From positions 9,773-73,772 of the forward strand of contig JBBSLA010000002.1 of assembly GCA_038255665.1 (NCBI GenBank): a stretch of DNA of 64,000 bases, read 5' to 3'. Below are positions 58,272-64,000 of the stretch, one piece after another. Source of the stretch: Lysobacterales bacterium (lineage in GTDB: Bacteria; Pseudomonadota; Gammaproteobacteria; Xanthomonadales; Rhodanobacteraceae). A program made the translations under genes and the position numbers. Position 1 is the stretch's first letter; every line of letters starts with the position of its first letter. The notes under the pieces were generated by a model that was given only the letters and a program-made list of their open reading frames with translations, did not search any database and was not told the origin of the DNA.

Positions 58272-58506
58272 GGTGGATCCGCGCAGCGAATCCACCGATG
58301 GTGGAGCACCGAAGGAAAGCCATAATTGGCACCGCGCGAAGAAAACGGTGGACTCCCTGCGGGGATCCACCCTACGGTCCTACTCTTCGTTTTTCGCGGC
58401 CTCGATGGCATCACGCTTGAGCTCATCGAAGGTGGAGCGCCGAAGGGAATCCATCGCTTGCACCACATCAAAAAGCTGGTGGATTCCCTGTGGGGATCCA
58501 CCCTAC
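58268..58506. repeat. Cluster of GTAG-headed REP-type palindromes with a 131-bp duplicated unit
   Basis: REP copies lie at 58268-58296 (forward), 58347-58375 and 58478-58506 (reverse), each of the form GGTGGAyTCC...GGATCCACCCTAC. Degenerate copies start near 58300 and 58431. Confidence 0.65.
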
Positions 58507-58510
58507 GGTC

Positions 58511-59560
<1,050 letters not shown>

Positions 59561-59585
59561 TCAATCATCCAGTGTCTGCGGCGGA

Positions 59586-59613
59586 AACGAAAAGCCCCGC
59601 ACGCGGCGGGGCT
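59586..59613 (-). terminator. Terminator/attenuator between rpmA and obgE
   Basis: On the minus strand, agccccgc-cgcgt-gcggggc is followed by TTTTCGTTT. Confidence 0.5.
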
Positions 59614-59636
59614 TTCGCGAAACCGATGTTGAAAAA

Positions 59637-59894
59637 TCAGGCGTTGATCACGCTGACCGTCTTGCGCCTCTCGGCGCCCTTGACGGAAAACGCCACCACG
59701 CCGTTGGTCAATGCGAACAGGGTGTGGTCGCGACCCAAGCCAACGCCGACGCCCGGATGAAAGCGCGTGCCGCGCTGACGGACGATGATGTTGCCGGCTT
59801 CGATGGCCTGGCCACCGTAGATCTTCACGCCGAGGTACTTCGGGTTCGAATCACGACCGTTGCGGGTTGAACCGCCAGCTTTTTTGTGTGCCAT
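59637..59894 (-). CDS. rpmA: 50S ribosomal protein L27
   Basis: [24 protein letters not shown]. Confidence 0.95.
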   Translation of the reverse strand: MAHKKAGGSTRNGRDSNPKYLGVKIYGGQAIEAGNIIVRQRGTRFHPGVGVGLGRDHTLFALTNGVVAFSVKGAERRKTVSVINA

Positions 59895-59908
59895 GGCTAG
59901 TGCGCTCC

Positions 59909-60235
59909 TTACTTCTTGTCACCGGCATTGATGCCGGTGATCTTGATTTCGGTGTAATGCTGCCGATGCCCCTGTTGCTTCATGTGGTGCTTGCGGCGGC
60001 GGAATTTGATGATGCGGATCTTGTCGGCGCGACCGTGCTTGGTGATCGTCGCGGCAACCAATGCGCCGGAGATCAGTGGGCCGCCGATGTTGATGCTGTC
60101 GCCCGAACCAACCAGCAAAACCTGGTCAAACTTCACTTCACTGTCGATGTCGCCATCGAGCTTCTCGACGCGGAGCGTCTCGCCTTCCATGACGCGGTAT
60201 TGCTTACCGCCTGTCACAATCACTGCGTAACTCAT
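59909..60235 (-). CDS. rplU: 50S ribosomal protein L21
   Basis: [22 protein letters not shown]. Confidence 0.95.
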   Translation of the reverse strand: MSYAVIVTGGKQYRVMEGETLRVEKLDGDIDSEVKFDQVLLVGSGDSINIGGPLISGALVAATITKHGRADKIRIIKFRRRKHHMKQQGHRQHYTEIKITGINAGDKK

Positions 60236-60319
60236 GAGCTTGCCTCTAGTAGTTATTCTTGGGTACGTAATGCCTTGATCCGCACGCATAACCGGCCAGA
60301 CCGGGCGAGCGAACCGGTG

Positions 60320-60348
60320 ATTCTAGTGCATTGCAGCAGAGCCGGCAA
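60320..60348 (-). promoter_or_regulatory. Sigma70-like promoter for rplU-rpmA
   Basis: On the minus strand: TTGCCG, 17 nt, TAGAAT, about 85 nt upstream of the rplU ATG. Confidence 0.45.
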
Positions 60349-60370
60349 GCCAGATTCAATGGCTTTCGGG

Positions 60371-61555
60371 TCATTTGCCGTCGAAGGAATCGAGCAGATC
60401 GTCCGCAAGTGGCGCATCAAAATCGCCACCAATGTTGATTTCGCCCTTCATAAGACCCAGCCGAATCCGAGGTCGCGCTCGCCGGGATGCGGCACTTCCC
60501 TGACGCTCCAGCGCCCAAAGCACATGCTCGCGGACCACGTCTGACGGGTCATCCGCGCGTGAGCGCAGCGCGGCCGAGGTCGCTTCCGCCCCCGTCGCAT
60601 TCCCCAGCGCGACGGCGATGTTGCGCGACCAGCGCTCAAAACCAATGCGGCGGATTGCCGAGCCTTCGGTGCGCTGCATGAATTCGTCTTCCGTCCAGGC
60701 GAACAGGTCGATCAGGCTGGCGCGGTCGAGATCGTTGCGCGGCGCGAAATCCGCTTCCGCCGTTGGCTGGGCGAACTTGTTCCATGGGCAGACCAGTTGG
60801 CAGTCGTCGCAGCCGTAGATGCGATTTCCGACCAGCGGTCGCAGCTCCAGCGGAATCGGGCCGTCGAGTTCGATGGTCAGGTAGGAAATACAGCGACGTG
60901 CGTCGAGCCGATACGGCGCGATGATGGCGCCAGTCGGGCAGACATCGATGCAGCGCGCGCAGGTACCGCAGTGCGCGCTGGCCGGCTCGCTCAAGGGCAG
61001 CGGCAGGTCGGTGTAGAGCTCGCCAAGGAAAAACCAGGAACCCCCATCGCTGTCGATCAGGCAGGTGTGCTTGCCGATCCAGCCGATGCCCGCGTCGCGT
61101 GACAAGGCGCGTTCCAGCACCGGCGCGGAATCGACAAAGGCGCGGTAGCCGAACGGTCCAACCTGTTCCGCGATGCGATCGGCCAGTTTCTGCAGGCGCC
61201 CGCGCATCAGCTTGTGGTAATCGCGACCCAGCGCATAGCGCGACACATAGGCGCTGTCGGCATCAGCGAGTGCTTCCCAGCCATCGCGGACGCCTTCCGG
61301 AAAGTAGTCCATGCGCACCGAAATCACCCGCAGCGTGCCGGGCACCAATTGGTCGGGGCGACTGCGCTTGTTGCCGTGCCGCTGCATCCACGCCATGTCG
61401 CCATGCAGGCCGTCGTCCAGCCAGGACAGCAAATGGGCCTCGTCTTCGGCGAGATCGATGCCGGCGATGCCGACATCCTGAAAGCCAAGCTCGCCAGCCC
61501 AGCGTCGGATATCGCCAAGCAAAGCGGTGTAGTCGGTGGGTGGCACGGCGGACAT
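60371..61555 (-). CDS. queG: Epoxyqueuosine reductase with a ~40-aa C-terminal extension
   Basis: DMAWMQRH..., 4Fe-4S motifs CGTCARCIDVCPTGA and CDDCQLVCPWN, and the HEAT-like end REHVLWAL followed by an extra tail. Confidence 0.9.
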   Translation of the reverse strand: MSAVPPTDYTALLGDIRRWAGELGFQDVGIAGIDLAEDEAHLLSWLDDGLHGDMAWMQRHGNKRSRPDQLVPGTLRVISVRMDYFPEGVRDGWEALADADSAYVSRYALGRDYHKLMRGRLQKLADRIAEQVGPFGYRAFVDSAPVLERALSRDAGIGWIGKHTCLIDSDGGSWFFLGELYTDLPLPLSEPASAHCGTCARCIDVCPTGAIIAPYRLDARRCISYLTIELDGPIPLELRPLVGNRIYGCDDCQLVCPWNKFAQPTAEADFAPRNDLDRASLIDLFAWTEDEFMQRTEGSAIRRIGFERWSRNIAVALGNATGAEATSAALRSRADDPSDVVREHVLWALERQGSAASRRARPRIRLGLMKGEINIGGDFDAPLADDLLDSFDGK

Positions 61556-61644
61556 GCACCGATTTTCGCACAGCGCATGGAGTGAGCCGTGATGCCACAC
61601 AACGGGTAGCGCCCGGTCCATTGACCTGCCGGTATCATCCCGCC

Positions 61645-63174
61645 ATGCCTGCCGATATCGCCACCGCTCTTTACACCGCTGCCCAGGTTCGCCAGATCGA
61701 CCGCCAGGCGATCGAAGACTGCGGCATTCCTGGCCCGATATTGATGCAACGCGCCGCCAGCGCGGCGTTCGCCTGCCTGCGTCGGCGCTGGCCCGATGCA
61801 CGGCGATTGCTGCTGCTGTGCGGAACCGGCAACAACGGTGGCGATGCCTGGCTGCTTGGCGCGACGGCGCTGTACGAAGGCTTCGATGTGCACGCGATTG
61901 GATTTGGCGAGCCGCGCGGCGATGCCGTCGAAGCGCGCAAGCGCTTCCGTGCCGCCGGTGGCAATGAAATGCGATTCGATGGCGACAGCGACTTGCCGTC
62001 GGTCGACGTGATCGTCGATGGTCTGTTTGGTACTGGACTGGATCGGGATGTCGACGACGCAGCCGCCGCGTTGATCGAACAGATCAATGCCAGCAACCAG
62101 CCAGTGCTGGCTCTCGATATTCCTTCCGGCCTTTGCGCCGATCGCGGCGTGCCACGCGGCGTGGCCTTGCGGGCGGCAGCGACGATCAGCTTCGTCGCCT
62201 GGAAGCGCGGACTGTTTACTGGCGACGCCCTCGATTATTGCGGCGAGCTTCAACTGGAAACGCTCGACATCCCGCCCTCGGCGCGGCAAGGCATCGCGCC
62301 TGATGCGCGCCTGCTCGATGCGAACATCGGTTGCGTGCTGCCCACGCGTGGGCGCAACGCGAACAAAGGCAAGTACGGCCACGTGCTCGCACTCGGCAGC
62401 GACCACGGATTTGGCGGTGCGATAAGGATGACCGCCGAAGCCGCACTGCGCTGTGGCGCCGGCAAGGTCAGCATCGCAACGCGGGCTGCCAATGTCGCAG
62501 CGATCAATGCCGCACGACCGGAACTGATGGCGCATGGCGTCGATGGTCCGCAGGAACTGAAATCGCTGCTCGAAGGCGTCGATGTGATCGCGCTCGGGCC
62601 AGGACTTGGCCAAGCCGCATGGGGCCACGCGCTTTGGGATACCGCGCTGCGCAGCGGCCTGCCGTGCGTGATCGACGCCGATGCCTTGAATTTGTTGTCG
62701 CGTGAATCGGTGCGGCTGGCCGGCGGCGACGTGATCTCGCGCTCGTCACTGACGCAGCCCGACAGCGGATTGAATGTGCTGACGCCACACCCCGGCGAAG
62801 CGGCGCGGCTACTCGGTACAACGACGGCGAAAATCCAGAATGATCGCTACGGCGCGGTCCGCGAACTCGCCGCGCGCTACAACGCGGTCGTCGTGCTTAA
62901 AGGAGCCGGCAGCCTGATCGCCGATCCGGATGGCCACGTCGCGGTCTGCCCGTGGGGCAATTCCGGTATGGCGAGTGGCGGGATGGGCGATGTGCTCACC
63001 GGCGTGATTGCCGCTTTGATGGGGCAAGGCATCTCGGTGTGGGACGCTGCGCGCTTGGGGGTCGCCGTCCATGCGCGAGCCGGCGATATCGCTGCGGATG
63101 ACAATCCTCGCGGGCTGATCGCAACCGATCTGCTCCCTTCCCTTCGCCAACTGGTCAATACGTTTTCGATATGA
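61645..63174 (+). CDS. nnr: Bifunctional NAD(P)H-hydrate epimerase/dehydratase
   Basis: YjeF N-domain (LLLCGTGNNGGDA) plus the carbohydrate-kinase C-domain (GSDHGFGGA...GMGDVLTG). It is divergent from queG, as in E. coli. Confidence 0.9.
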   Translation: MPADIATALYTAAQVRQIDRQAIEDCGIPGPILMQRAASAAFACLRRRWPDARRLLLLCGTGNNGGDAWLLGATALYEGFDVHAIGFGEPRGDAVEARKRFRAAGGNEMRFDGDSDLPSVDVIVDGLFGTGLDRDVDDAAAALIEQINASNQPVLALDIPSGLCADRGVPRGVALRAAATISFVAWKRGLFTGDALDYCGELQLETLDIPPSARQGIAPDARLLDANIGCVLPTRGRNANKGKYGHVLALGSDHGFGGAIRMTAEAALRCGAGKVSIATRAANVAAINAARPELMAHGVDGPQELKSLLEGVDVIALGPGLGQAAWGHALWDTALRSGLPCVIDADALNLLSRESVRLAGGDVISRSSLTQPDSGLNVLTPHPGEAARLLGTTTAKIQNDRYGAVRELAARYNAVVVLKGAGSLIADPDGHVAVCPWGNSGMASGGMGDVLTGVIAALMGQGISVWDAARLGVAVHARAGDIAADDNPRGLIATDLLPSLRQLVNTFSI

Positions 63175-63647
63175 CACGGGAGTACGAATCGCTTGAACGT
63201 CCCGGCCTGGACGAACCGTCGCTGGTTGAACTGGCGCAACGACTCGCGCCCGTCGCGTCCGACGGTTTGGTTGTCCATCTGCAAGGCAACCTCGGTGCAG
63301 GCAAGACCACGTTTGCGCGAGCGCTGTTGCAGGCGCTTGGCGTCGGCGAGCGCGTGAAAAGCCCGACCTACAGCCTGATCGAGTCATATCCGCTCGCCAG
63401 CAACAGCGCCCATCACCTTGACCTGTATCGTCTGGCCGATCCGGAAGAAGTCGAATGGCTGGGCCTGCCCGACCTGGCAGATCGCGACGCGCTGATCCTG
63501 ATCGAATGGCCGGAACGCGGCGGCGAACGCATCCCTCCAGCGGACGTTCGCATCGAACTGACCCACGCCGCCGACCGACGCGACCTGCACGCGATCAGCG
63601 CCACCAAACGAGGAAATGCTGCACTGCGTAAATGGAGTGATTCCTGA
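63171..63647 (+). CDS. tsaE: tRNA t6A biosynthesis ATPase TsaE
   Basis: LQGNLGAGKTTFARALLQALG....VKSPTYSLIESY...HLDLYRL. ATGA overlap with nnr. Confidence 0.9.
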   Translation: MTREYESLERPGLDEPSLVELAQRLAPVASDGLVVHLQGNLGAGKTTFARALLQALGVGERVKSPTYSLIESYPLASNSAHHLDLYRLADPEEVEWLGLPDLADRDALILIEWPERGGERIPPADVRIELTHAADRRDLHAISATKRGNAALRKWSDS

Positions 63648-63724
63648 AGAGATGCCCGCAGCTCACGGATTTACAAGAGAAAAAGGGTTGAAACTCACGC
63701 CCAATGAGCGTTCAATCAGCAGCC

Positions 63725-64000
63725 ATGAGCACTTGCAAGCGAAAAACGGGCCTTTTCTTCGCGACAGCGGCATCGTTGCTGCTGGCCTGCATCTCGGCTT
63801 CGGCGTCGGAAATCCGTTCCGTCCGCAGCTGGGCCAGCCCGGAATACACTCGCGTCGTTTTCGATCTCAGCGGCCCGGTCGACTACAAGCTGTTCGACCT
63901 GGCCGATCCCAACCGCGTCGTTCTCGACCTTCGTAACAGCCAATTCGTCGAAGGTTTTACAACGCCCGAGATCAAAGGCCTGCTGAAGTCGGTGCGCATC
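63725..64000 (+). CDS. amiB: N-acetylmuramoyl-L-alanine amidase, N-terminal AMIN domain (partial, runs off the window)
   Basis: Signal peptide, then EIRSVRSWASPEYTRVVFDLSGPVDYKLFDLADPNRVVLDL. The nnr-tsaE-amiB order matches E. coli. It is absent from the ORF track because no stop lies in the window. Confidence 0.75.
   Translation, partial: MSTCKRKTGLFFATAASLLLACISASASEIRSVRSWASPEYTRVVFDLSGPVDYKLFDLADPNRVVLDLRNSQFVEGFTTPEIKGLLKSVRI

Overview
GC-rich bacterial chromosome. Gene content and synteny suggest a gammaproteobacterium of the Xanthomonadales type; this is inference and no search was run. The window is almost wall-to-wall core housekeeping genes. They include: thiE-hemL; a phoB-phoR-pstS-like-ppk1-ppx block; bepA-like, grxC, an icd-like gene and thiD; PIN-PhoH, bcp, gcvR, dapA, a bamC-like gene and fdxA; tRNA-Glu; pcnB-folK-panB-panC-panD; pyrB-ruvX-yqgE and nfuA; rluC/rne; gacA, hutF/hutI, THX, a CDF exporter and a TonB-dependent receptor; tRNA-Gly; phzF-like, orn, sbcB, obgE-rpmA-rplU, and queG/nnr-tsaE-amiB. 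The only accessory-looking stretch is about 1.7-8.5 kb. It holds small stress-type proteins, tiny membrane proteins, a truncated SDR remnant and an orphan lipoprotein. I found no CRISPR array, no integrase, transposase or phage genes, no secretion, defence or biosynthetic cluster, and no convincing new multi-gene system. The items most worth a second look are small-scale. (1) A self-contained promoter-hairpin-terminator unit sits between panC and panD and could be an sRNA or a new pan leader. (2) An orphan PstS-like binding protein is translationally coupled between phoR and ppk1. (3) A GTAG-type REP cluster carries a 131-bp duplication of the last 17 codons of obgE that differs only at synonymous sites. 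(4) A hairpin-armed MITE-like repeat family has two copies in the window. (5) Fur-family (Zur-like) AT-rich operators lie between a MerC-like/CDF unit and a TonB receptor. (6) A tRNA-Gly has a non-canonical T-loop. Many long ORFs in the track are antisense artefacts of GC-rich coding DNA and are rejected. The track uses GTG and TTG as well as ATG starts, so several starts were re-placed by eye.
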